Below the pieces are notes generated by a model. The model made no database searches. It saw nothing but the letters and a program-made list of their open reading frames with translations, and was not told where the DNA came from. Position numbers and translations under genes: made by a program. Below are positions 28,545-37,449 of a stretch of 64,000 bases of DNA, in pieces. The DNA is taken from NCBI GenBank assembly GCA_964372215.1, contig CAYJQC010000024.1:2779-66778 (forward strand), in the 5' to 3' direction. This stretch comes from an uncultured Rhodospirillaceae bacterium. Lineage in GTDB: Bacteria > Pseudomonadota > Alphaproteobacteria > Dongiales > Dongiaceae. Positions within the stretch are counted from its first letter, which is position 1. Each line of letters opens with the position of its first letter.

Positions 28545-31313
28545 ATGGAAGCGTTCTTCGTCCTGCTGGGACTGGTCGTCGTCTTCGGCCCGATCGCCCT
28601 GGCAATCGTCGCGCTGGTGCGCTCGAGCGCGGCGACGGCCGAGCTTGCGGTGCTGCGCACGCGCATCGCAGATCTGGAGAGCCAGCTCGTCCCGCCGGCG
28701 GCAGGCGGCAAGCCGGCGACCGCGCCGCTCTGGACGGCGGCAGCGTATGCGAGCGCTCCGGAAGCGCCGGCACCGGCCGAACCGCCAGAGGCCGAGACGG
28801 AATCCGCGGGCGAAGCCGCTCCGCCGCCGCTGGACGCGCCAGCGATGGCGCCGGCTGCGATCGCGGCGCCGCCCGCGGCGCCTGCGGAATCCATTTCCAG
28901 GGGCGGCTTCGAGAAGAGCTTCGCGTCGAAATGGCTGGTCTGGCTGGGCGCCGCCACCCTGGCGCTCGGCGGCACCTTCCTGGTCAAGCACTCGATCGAG
29001 CATGGCTGGCTCGGGCCGGCGGTGCGCGAGCTGGTCGGGCTGGCCTTCGGCCTGGCGCTGCTCGTCGGCGGCGAATGGCTGCGCCGGCGCCCGCTGGAGC
29101 GGGCGATCGCCGCGGTCCAGCCGGACTACGTGCCGCCGGCCCTGAGCGCCGCCGGTTTGTTCACGCTGTTCGCCTGCGCCTACACGTCCTACGCGCTGTA
29201 CGGCCTGATCGGGCCGCTGGTCGCCTTCGCCGCGCTGGCGGCGACCGCCTTCATCGCGGTCGGCCTGTCGCTGCTGCAGGGCCCGCCGGCGGCCCTGCTC
29301 GGCGTGGTCGGCGGCTTCGTGACCCCGATGCTGGTGGCCAGCACCGAACCGTCGGCCTGGACCCTGTTCCCCTATCTGCTGGCGCTCAGCGCCGCCGGCC
29401 TCGCGGTGCTGCGCTATCGCGCCTGGTGGTGGCTGGGCTACGCCGTGCTGGCCGGCGCCGCGTTCTGGCCGCTGATCTGGTTCGCCGAGGCGTGGGCGCC
29501 GGCCGACGCGCTGCCGCTCGGCCTCTATCTGCTCGCCCTCGCCGCCGGGTTCTGCCATTTCACCCGCGGCTTCAGCTTCGCCGGCCGGCCGTGGCAGGGC
29601 GCCGGCGACAAACTGTCCATCAACCATCCCGACGCGCTCACCTGGGCGACCGCGGGCGTCACCCTGTTGCTGTTCTTCGCCTATGTCCGCACCGGCGGCT
29701 ACGACCCGATCTCGCTGATCGCGCTGGGCGCGCTCTGCCTGCTCTACCTGTATGTCGGGCGGCGCCAGCCGGGGCTCGACGCCCTGGCGCCGGCGGCCGC
29801 GGTCCTGGTGCTGGCGCTGGCCGCGACCTGGCATCTGCCGAGCGTGCTGCAGCAGTTCGCGCCGGCCCATGCGTTGCGCCCGCCGCTGCTGCCGCCCGAG
29901 CTGGTCGACTTCGCCGTGGCGGCGGCCGGGTTCGGCGCCCTGTTCGGCGCCGCCGGCTTCGTGGCGTTGTGGGGCGCGCGGCGGCCCGGCCTGTGGGCCG
30001 GGGTTTCCGCCGGCACGCCGACGCTGCTGTTCACCATCGCCTATTGGCGCTTCGTCGATTTCGGCCTCGACCTCGGCTGGGCGGCGGCCGCATTGGCCCT
30101 GGCGGTCGTCACCATCCTCGCCGCGTCCCGCGTCGCGCGCTATCGCGGCCCGCCGGAACTCGAGATTCCCCTCGGGCTCTATGCCGCGGCGGTCACCGCC
30201 TTCGTGGCGCTCGGCGCCGCCATGACCCTGCAGCAGGCCTGGCTCACCGTCGCCTATGCCGCCCAGCTTCTGGCGCTGGCGCTGATCTACCAGCGCGTCA
30301 CGGTCGAGCCGCTGCGCTGGGTCGCGCTCGCCACCGCCGCGGTCGTGCTGGCCCGGCTGGTGCTCAACTGGAACGTCCTCGGCTATGACGGCGGCAGCCC
30401 GCCGGTGTTCGGCTGGGTGCTGTACGGCTATGGCCTGCCGGCGCTGATGTTCTTCGAGGCGGCGCGGCGCTTCCGCCGCCACGGCGACGACCTGCTGGTG
30501 GCGGTGCTCGAGGCCGGCTGGATCGCCTTCACCGTGCTGCTGGCCAGTCTCGAGATCCGCGTGCTGGTCAACGAGTCCGTGACCAGCCTGGACTACGAGC
30601 TGCTGGAGCAGAGCCTGCAGACCGCCGCCTGGCTCGCCATCGCCCATGCCCTGATGCAGGCCCATGCGCGGGCGCCGCGGCCGGTGACGCTGTGGGCCGC
30701 CCGCGCCCTGCTGTGCCTCTCGGCGCTGCAGGTGCTGCTGCTGCAGCTCGTGATCTTCAATCCGTTCTACGTGCACGTCTTCGTCGGCAGCTATCCCGTC
30801 CTCAACCTGCTGTTCCTGGCCTATGCGGTGCCGGCGATCTTCGCCTTCCTGAGCGTGCCGCTGCTGCGGCGCCAGGGCGCCGGCGGCGCCGCGCCAGTCG
30901 CCGCCGGGATCGGCTTCCTGCTGACCTTCGTCTATCTGTCGCTCGAGGTGCGGCGCGCCTTCCAGGGGCCGATGCTGTACTGGACGACGCCGTCCGACGC
31001 CGAACTCTACGCCTACTCCGCCGCCTGGCTGATCTACGCGCTGGTGCTGCTCGGACTCGCCATCCGGCTGCGCCGCGCCAGCCTGCGCTACGCGTCGCTG
31101 ATCGCCCTGTCGATCACCGTGCTCAAGGTGTTCCTGGTCGACACCGCCGATTTGACCGGGCTCTACCGGGTCGCCTCGTTCCTCGGCCTCGGCCTCTGCC
31201 TGATCGCCATCGGCTACATCTACCAGCGCTTCGTGTTCCCGGTCGGGCCGGGCCGCGCCGGACCGCCGCCGGCAACCGCCGCCGCCGCGGCGCCGACTCA
31301 GGAACAGGGATAG
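28545..31313 (+). CDS. DUF2339-type large polytopic membrane protein
   Basis: 922 aa. N-terminal TM, short coiled segment (LRTRIADLESQL), Pro/Ala-rich linker, then more than 20 hydrophobic segments. Confidence 0.75.
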   Translation: MEAFFVLLGLVVVFGPIALAIVALVRSSAATAELAVLRTRIADLESQLVPPAAGGKPATAPLWTAAAYASAPEAPAPAEPPEAETESAGEAAPPPLDAPAMAPAAIAAPPAAPAESISRGGFEKSFASKWLVWLGAATLALGGTFLVKHSIEHGWLGPAVRELVGLAFGLALLVGGEWLRRRPLERAIAAVQPDYVPPALSAAGLFTLFACAYTSYALYGLIGPLVAFAALAATAFIAVGLSLLQGPPAALLGVVGGFVTPMLVASTEPSAWTLFPYLLALSAAGLAVLRYRAWWWLGYAVLAGAAFWPLIWFAEAWAPADALPLGLYLLALAAGFCHFTRGFSFAGRPWQGAGDKLSINHPDALTWATAGVTLLLFFAYVRTGGYDPISLIALGALCLLYLYVGRRQPGLDALAPAAAVLVLALAATWHLPSVLQQFAPAHALRPPLLPPELVDFAVAAAGFGALFGAAGFVALWGARRPGLWAGVSAGTPTLLFTIAYWRFVDFGLDLGWAAAALALAVVTILAASRVARYRGPPELEIPLGLYAAAVTAFVALGAAMTLQQAWLTVAYAAQLLALALIYQRVTVEPLRWVALATAAVVLARLVLNWNVLGYDGGSPPVFGWVLYGYGLPALMFFEAARRFRRHGDDLLVAVLEAGWIAFTVLLASLEIRVLVNESVTSLDYELLEQSLQTAAWLAIAHALMQAHARAPRPVTLWAARALLCLSALQVLLLQLVIFNPFYVHVFVGSYPVLNLLFLAYAVPAIFAFLSVPLLRRQGAGGAAPVAAGIGFLLTFVYLSLEVRRAFQGPMLYWTTPSDAELYAYSAAWLIYALVLLGLAIRLRRASLRYASLIALSITVLKVFLVDTADLTGLYRVASFLGLGLCLIAIGYIYQRFVFPVGPGRAGPPPATAAAAAPTQEQG

Positions 31314-31678
31314 AGCGTCACCGGATCGGCATCGCGGCCGAGCAGGTCGCCGAGCGCCGCGCATGGCGCGCCGGCGGCGCAGAACTGCCAGTCGCCGATG
31401 ACGCCGTCGGGATCGGCGGCGCGCCGCAGCACGATGCGCGCGCGCGTGTCGCCCGCCGGCCGCCAGACATACCAGCCGTCGACCAGCCGGGCCTCCACCG
31501 GCGGCTCCATCCCGGCGCCGCTGCCCTTGACCCGCACCTCGTCGAGCACCAGCCGGCCGGACTCGACCCGCCAGTGCTCCTGCCAGGGCAGATGCTCGAC
31601 GCTGTGGCTCCAGGCCAAGGTGAACGAGGTGACCGCGAGCTGCAGGGTCAGCGTCCCCGCCGCGAGACAGAGTGACAT
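31298..31678 (-). CDS. DUF1850 domain protein (TAXI-TRAP associated)
   Basis: 126 aa from ATG 31678, containing WSHSVEHLPWQEHW...GSGAGMEPP. TGATG junction gives a 1-nt overlap with the TRAP permease stop. Confidence 0.7.
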   Translation of the reverse strand: MSLCLAAGTLTLQLAVTSFTLAWSHSVEHLPWQEHWRVESGRLVLDEVRVKGSGAGMEPPVEARLVDGWYVWRPAGDTRARIVLRRAADPDGVIGDWQFCAAGAPCAALGDLLGRDADPVTLYPCS

Positions 31679-33789
31679 CAGGCGACCGCTGCCTTTCGGG
31701 TGCGCCACCAGGTCCAGACGATGAAGGCGAGGCAGGCGGCGAGGCCGATCTCGTCGGTCATCGGCAGCGCCACGATCAGGCAGGCGGCGGCGGCGAAGGC
31801 CCAGATGCGCTCCCACGCGGCGAGCCGCACCCCCAGGAAGCCGATCCCCGCGGCGCCCCACAGACAGATGGCGAGCAGCGCCTTGCCGACGATGTAGGCG
31901 ACCGCGGGCCAGAAGCCGATGGCGTCGGCCAGCGGTCCGCCCGGCTGCAGCATCAGCGTCGGGGTGTAGACCGCCATGTACGGCACGACGAATCCGGCGA
32001 TCGCGACGCGGACCGCCTGCACGCCGATCTTCATGCCGCTTTCCTTGGCGATCGGCGCGGCGGCGAAGGCGGCGAGCGCCACCGGCGGCGTCAGGTCCGC
32101 CATGATGCCGAAATAGAACACGAACATATGGCTGACGATGAGCGGCACGCCGAGCGTCAGCAGCGCCGGCCCGGCGATCGACGAGGTGATGATGTAGTTC
32201 GGGATGGTCGGGATGCCCATGCCGAGGATCAGGCAGGTCACCATGGTGAGCACGAGCGACAGGAACAGCGAGTCCTCGCCGATGGTGACGATGAAGCGGG
32301 CGAAGGTGGTGGCCGAGCCGGTCAACGCCAGCACGCCAATGATGACGCCGACGAGGGCGCAGGCGATGCCGACGGGCAGCGCGTTCTTGGCGCCGTCCGC
32401 TAGGCTGTCCACCGTGAGGCGCAAGGTGGCGCGGCCGCCCTTGGCGGTGAGGTTGATCGCCACCAGCGCCGCGACCAGCACCAGGATCGCGTCGATGCCG
32501 TATTCGAAGAACAGTCCGGAGAGCAGGCCGAGCGCCACCCAGAACAGCACGCGCAGCGCGACCGGGCCGACCCGCGCCACCACCGCCACGCCGAGGATGA
32601 TGAGCACGGTGAGCGCCAGGCCGAGGGTGCCGGCGAACAGCGGCGTGTAGCCGGAGAACAGGAGATACACCAGCGCCGCCAGCGGCAGGATCAGGTACCA
32701 GCGCTTGCGCAGGGCGCCGATGGCGCTCGGCAGCTCGTCGCGCGGCAGGCCGGCGAGGCCGAGACGCCCGGACTCGAGATGCACCATCCAGAACACCGTC
32801 GCGAAATAGAGCAGCGCCGGCACGATGGCGGCGCGCACCACCTCGACATAGGGCACGTCGATGGTCTCGGCCATGATGAAGGCGACGGCGCCCATGACCG
32901 GCGGCATGATCTGGCCGCCCATGGAGGCGGTCGCCTCGACCCCGCCGGCGAAGGCCGGCTTGAAGCCGAAGCTCTTCATCAGGGGAATGGTGAACTGGCC
33001 CGTGGTCACCACGTTGGCGACGCCCGAGCCATTGATCGTGCCCATCAGCCCCGACGACATGACCGCGACCTTGGCCGGCCCGCCCTTGGTATGGCCGACC
33101 GTGCCCATGGCGAGGTCGGTGAACAGGCGGATCATGCCGGCGTGCTCGAGGAACGAGCCGAACAGGATGAACAGGAAGATGTAGCTCGACGACACGTAGA
33201 TCGGGGTGCCGTAGATGCCCTCGGTGCCGAGGAACAGGATCTCGACGATCTGGCTGTAGTCGTAGGGCCGGTGGGCGAACGGCGCCGGCAAGTGCTCGCC
33301 GAACAGCGCGTAGAGCAGGAAGGTGCCGCAGATGACCGGCAAGGCCGGCCCCATCATCATGTAGCCGGCGACGAAGACCAGGGCGACGGCGATGGTGCCG
33401 ACCACGAGGTCGGTCAGGTTGGGCGCGCCGGCCCGCACGATCACGATGTCGACGTAGAAGATCCAGTGATAGAGGCCGATCAGGAAGCCGACGATGCCGA
33501 GGCCGATCAGCAGCGCGAAGCGGATCTTGCGCTGCGGCGTGGCGTTGGCCAGGAAGCCGAACAGCAGCAGCATGAGGAAGCCGACATGGACCGCGCGCAC
33601 CACCTGGCTCGCCAGCGGCGCGTAGGTGGCGGTCCAGAGCTGGAAGGTGGAGAAGGCGATGGCGATCGCCATCAGCGCCACGGCGACGGGGCCGATGCCC
33701 CAGCCGAGATGCAGATGGCCGGAGTCGTCGGGCTCGGCCGGCGCGGAATCGGCGGCAGCGGACCCGCCCGCCGGGGCCGCAGCGTTCAT
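31678..33789 (-). CDS. TRAP transporter fused permease (TAXI type)
   Basis: 703 aa, polytopic throughout. Adjacent to a TAXI binding protein and DUF1850. Confidence 0.88.
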   Translation of the reverse strand: MNAAAPAGGSAAADSAPAEPDDSGHLHLGWGIGPVAVALMAIAIAFSTFQLWTATYAPLASQVVRAVHVGFLMLLLFGFLANATPQRKIRFALLIGLGIVGFLIGLYHWIFYVDIVIVRAGAPNLTDLVVGTIAVALVFVAGYMMMGPALPVICGTFLLYALFGEHLPAPFAHRPYDYSQIVEILFLGTEGIYGTPIYVSSSYIFLFILFGSFLEHAGMIRLFTDLAMGTVGHTKGGPAKVAVMSSGLMGTINGSGVANVVTTGQFTIPLMKSFGFKPAFAGGVEATASMGGQIMPPVMGAVAFIMAETIDVPYVEVVRAAIVPALLYFATVFWMVHLESGRLGLAGLPRDELPSAIGALRKRWYLILPLAALVYLLFSGYTPLFAGTLGLALTVLIILGVAVVARVGPVALRVLFWVALGLLSGLFFEYGIDAILVLVAALVAINLTAKGGRATLRLTVDSLADGAKNALPVGIACALVGVIIGVLALTGSATTFARFIVTIGEDSLFLSLVLTMVTCLILGMGIPTIPNYIITSSIAGPALLTLGVPLIVSHMFVFYFGIMADLTPPVALAAFAAAPIAKESGMKIGVQAVRVAIAGFVVPYMAVYTPTLMLQPGGPLADAIGFWPAVAYIVGKALLAICLWGAAGIGFLGVRLAAWERIWAFAAAACLIVALPMTDEIGLAACLAFIVWTWWRTRKAAVA

Positions 33790-33894
33790 CGTCGTCTCAC
33801 CTGGGGGCGCCTCACCTGCAAGGAGTCATCCGCGGAACAAGGCTGGTCGGCGCGAGGGACGGGGGTTGTCCCGCCGCCGCGCCGGCCGTGCGGG

Positions 33895-34848
33895 CTACAT
33901 GACGCCCTTTTCCTTGAAATACTTCTCGGCGCCGGGATGAAGCGGGATCGGCAGATTGGTCACCGCCCCCTCGATCGTGATCCGCTTGGCGGCGGCGTGG
34001 GCCGCGACCAGGGAATCGAGATGGTCGAAGATCGCCTTGGTCATGGCGTAGACGAGATCGTCCGACAGGTCGGCGCGCGTCACCAGGAAGTTCGGCACCG
34101 CGGCGGTGGCGACGTCGGCGTCCTGGCCCTGATAGGTGCCGGCGGGAATGGTCGCGGCGAAGTAGGGCGCGCCCACCTTCGCGACCACGTCCGCCGGCAC
34201 GTTCACCACCACGATGTCGACCGACGAGGCCAGGTCGCGGATCGAGGCGACGCCGAGGCCGGCCGACTGCAGGGTGGCATCGAGCTGGCGGTTCTTGATG
34301 AGCTCGACCGATTCGGCGAAGGGCAGGTACTCGACCTTGTCGAGGTCGTCATAGGTCAGCCCGGCGGCGGCCAGCACGGCGCGCGCGTTGAGCTCGGTGC
34401 CCGAGCGCGGCGCGCCGACCGACAGGCGCTTGCCCCTAAGGTCGGCGAGCGTGGTGATGCCCGAGTCCTTGGAGGCGACGATCTGCACGAAGTTCGGATA
34501 GATCGCGGCGACGGCGCGCAGCTTGTCGAGCTTCGCCTTGAAGCCGGCTTCCTCGTTGCCTTCCCAGGCGAAGGCGACGGAATCGCCGAGCGCGAAGGCC
34601 AGCTCGCCCTTGCCGTCCTGCAGCAGGTTCAGGTTCTCGACCGACGCCTTGGTCGACTGGGTCGACGGGGTGGCGTCGGGAACGTACTCCGCCACCAGCG
34701 TCTCGATGGCGACGCCGAGCGGGTAGTACACGCCCGACTGGCCGCCGGTCAGGATGTTGATGAAGTCGGCCGCGCCGGCGGCGACCGGCGCCGTCAGCAG
34801 CACAGCCAGCGCCGCGGCGGCGGCGAAGGGGCGTCTCTTCGAACCCAT
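33895..34848 (-). CDS. TAXI-family TRAP solute-binding protein
   Basis: 317 aa from ATG 34848. Signal peptide (AAAALAVLLTAPVAAGAA) and the TGGQSGVYYPLG motif. Confidence 0.88.
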   Translation of the reverse strand: MGSKRRPFAAAAALAVLLTAPVAAGAADFINILTGGQSGVYYPLGVAIETLVAEYVPDATPSTQSTKASVENLNLLQDGKGELAFALGDSVAFAWEGNEEAGFKAKLDKLRAVAAIYPNFVQIVASKDSGITTLADLRGKRLSVGAPRSGTELNARAVLAAAGLTYDDLDKVEYLPFAESVELIKNRQLDATLQSAGLGVASIRDLASSVDIVVVNVPADVVAKVGAPYFAATIPAGTYQGQDADVATAAVPNFLVTRADLSDDLVYAMTKAIFDHLDSLVAAHAAAKRITIEGAVTNLPIPLHPGAEKYFKEKGVM

Positions 34849-34960
34849 GCGCTTTCTCCCTGTCTCGGCAGCGCCCGGCCCGGTCGATGAACCGTCCGGC
34901 CGACTGCCCGCGAGGCGCAAGTATAGCCAATACCGGGCCGGGGAAAACCCGCGGCGCAGG

Positions 34961-35977
34961 CTAGCCCAGGCGCTGCACGAACTCGGGATGGAAGCGGTGC
35001 AGCCGGTCGGTCGAGTAGTTGCTGCGAAACTCCCGCGGCGACTGGCCGAAATGGGAACGGAAGGTGCGCGAGAACACCTCGGCGCCGGAGAAGCCGCAGC
35101 CGAGCGCGATGTTCTGGATCGGCACGTCGCTGTAGAAAAGCAGGTTGCGGGCCGCCTGCAGGCGGATCTTCAGGTAGTAGCGCATCGGCGAATCGTTCAG
35201 CTTGCGACGGAACAGCCGTTCCAGCCGCCGCGCCGTCAGGCCGACCGCCTCGGCGATCTCCTCGGGCGGCAGCGGCTGCTCGAGATTGTCCTCCATCAGC
35301 CGGATCGCCTGGATCACCACCGGATCGAGCGACCCCATGGGCGAATCGAGCATCGCACGCTGCGGGTCGGTGCCGTGGCGGATGCGCTCGTGCACCATGC
35401 CGTTGGCGACGATCTGCGCCAGCATGGTGCCGTGATCGATGGCGATCAGATGCAGCATCATGTCGATCGCCGCGGTGCCGCCGGCGCAGGTGATGCGGCT
35501 GCGGTCAAACACGAAGATCTGCTCGACCACGTCGAGCTCCGGATAATGCTCGTGGAACACCGGCATCGCCTCCCAATGCAGGGTCATCCGGTAGCCGTCC
35601 ATCAGGCCGGCGGCGGCCAGCGCGAACAGCCCGGTATCGAGCGCCCCCAGCCGCACCCCGTGGCGGTCGAGCCGGCGCAGCCAGTTGAGCAGCCGGCGGT
35701 CGACATACTGGGTCGGCTGGTTGCCGGCGCAGACGATCAGCGTCGAGAAATCGGGCCGGCCCTCGGCCGGCGCGATCGGGCTGTCCGGCGTCACCATCAT
35801 GCCGTTGCCGGCCCGCACCGGCGCGCCGTCGACCGAGATCAGCCGCCAGTCGAACAGCCGGCTGCCGCTGTTCTGGTTGGCGATCCGCAGCGCCTCGGTC
35901 GCCGGGATCAGCGCGTAGATCGGAAACTCGGGGATCAGGAAGAAGCCGATCCGAGTCGGCGCCGGCGCGTCGGACAT
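34961..35977 (-). CDS. GlxA-family (DJ-1/PfpI + AraC HTH) transcriptional regulator
   Basis: 338 aa from ATG 35977 (GGAGGGGGAA upstream). N-terminal DJ-1-like domain, C-terminal AraC HTH (IALGCGFSGAEVFSRTFRSHFGQSP). Confidence 0.88.
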   Translation of the reverse strand: MSDAPAPTRIGFFLIPEFPIYALIPATEALRIANQNSGSRLFDWRLISVDGAPVRAGNGMMVTPDSPIAPAEGRPDFSTLIVCAGNQPTQYVDRRLLNWLRRLDRHGVRLGALDTGLFALAAAGLMDGYRMTLHWEAMPVFHEHYPELDVVEQIFVFDRSRITCAGGTAAIDMMLHLIAIDHGTMLAQIVANGMVHERIRHGTDPQRAMLDSPMGSLDPVVIQAIRLMEDNLEQPLPPEEIAEAVGLTARRLERLFRRKLNDSPMRYYLKIRLQAARNLLFYSDVPIQNIALGCGFSGAEVFSRTFRSHFGQSPREFRSNYSTDRLHRFHPEFVQRLG

Positions 35978-36300
35978 TTCCCCCTCCATTTCCGGTCGGC
36001 GGCGGGACCGGCCGCGCGCGGCGCCGCTGATTCCACCGCGCATCGTCCCCCATCATCAAAAATCTGTCGGCAAACGTCAAGTCATTGGCGACAAGCTCGC
36101 CGATAATTATTTCGCTCAGGGAGAGCTCTTTTTCGACGATGTCGGGAAAGCCCAAAGAATCGATAAGACGAGGGTGGCGGCACCCTAGAGCAGCACGCTT
36201 GGCGATTTGAGAACTATTCAGGCCACCGAAGTAATGGGCTTCGGGGCAACGGGGGCGCGCGGTCGCAGGCGGCCGACGGGTCCCGAACACGGGATCGCGC

Positions 36301-37357
36301 ATGGACTGGGACGGACTGCGGCGTCGGCTCGAGGGCTGCTACATCACGGTGCCGACCATGTTCGGGGACCCGGACCTGGCGCTCGACCTGGCGGCGATCC
36401 GGCGCCATGTCGGCTGGCTGCGGAGCCGCGGCATCGCCGCGGGCAACGCGGTGCTGCTGGGCGCCGGCGTCGCCCGCGGCGTATCGGCCCAGAGGGTGGG
36501 GGGGGGGGGGCCGGGGCTCGCGGGGGGGCACGGGGGTGCGGCGGCCGGGGGGCGCCGCGGGCGACTTCTCGGCCATGAGCTTCGAGGAGCGGGCGCAGGT
36601 GGCCGAGGCGGTGGTGGCGGCGGCCGACGGCGCGGTGCCGGTGGCGATGGGGGCGCAGACCACCAGCACGCGCGAGCTGGCGCGCCTGGCGCGGACCGCG
36701 CACGAGCTGGGCTGCAGCTTCATCCAGGTGTCCTGCCCGTTCTACTTCAGCCACACCGAGGGCGATTTCTACGACTACGTGGTGGCCGCGGCCGAGGCCG
36801 CGCCGATCGGCATCATCGTCTACAACACCTTCTGGACCTCGTCCGGCATCTCGCTCGCCATGGTCGACCGGCTGGCCGAGATCCCCAACGTGGTCGGGCT
36901 GAAATGGGCGACACCCCGGACCGACGCCATGGAGTTCGAGGATGTGGTCTCGCACTTCGCCGGGCGGCTCACCATCATCGACAACAACCTCCTGTTCGTG
37001 ATGAGCCACCTGATGGGGGCGCGCGGCTTCGAGGTGCATCTGTGCAACTACTGGCCGGAATGGGGCCTCAAGCTGCTCGATCGGCTGGCGGCCGGCGACT
37101 ATGCCGAGGTCCAGCGCATGATGGTCGCCGAGGCGATGCCCTTCTACAAGCTGTGGGTCGAGATCGAGAAGACCTACACCTCGGGCGACGGCTATCTCGA
37201 CAAGCTCTGCATGGAGCTGGTCGGGCTCGACTCCTCGCGCTGCCGGCCGCCGACCCGCGACGTGCGCGAACTCTACCGCGACAAGGCCAGAGAGATGCTC
37301 GTCAAGACCGGCGTGCCGGGCGTCATCGGCGCCGAGCGAGGCCTGCGCACCGGCTGA
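36301..37357 (+). pseudogene. NAL/DHDPS-family lyase gene interrupted by a frameshifting insertion
   Basis: The N-terminal 55 codons (MDWDGLRRRLEGCYITVPTMF...AVLLGA) are in frame 1. The remainder (GDFSAMSFEERAQV...VVGLKWAT...) is in frame 2. The break coincides with the G-tract insert at 36466-36556. Confidence 0.75.
36459..36557 (+). repeat. G-tract-rich insertion bounded by 8-bp direct repeats
   Basis: GGGCGCCG occurs at 36459-36466 and 36550-36557, 91 nt apart. The interior contains G13 (36498-36510) plus G4, G7, G5 and G6 runs. Confidence 0.7.
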
Positions 37358-37449
37358 CAGACGACCACGGCGACGGCGCCGCACGAAGCTTCGGGAGAAA
37401 CCGGAGTGAGATCTCGGATCCAGGGAGTCGTTTTCAAGGAGGAGACATC

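Noticed and set aside
26150-31364. Two very long minus-strand ORFs (945 and 1038 aa)
   Set aside because: They are antisense to well-supported plus-strand genes (bicupin, aminotransferase, DUF2339). Their Arg/Gly/Ala/Pro-rich low-complexity translations are typical of stop-poor GC-rich antisense frames.
36481-36560. G-rich stretch as a genuine Gly-rich protein-coding segment
   Set aside because: Neither frame is continuous across it with the flanking conserved lyase sequence. It sits inside a motif that is gap-free in the enzyme family, so I treat it as an insertion or artefact rather than a native Gly-rich linker.
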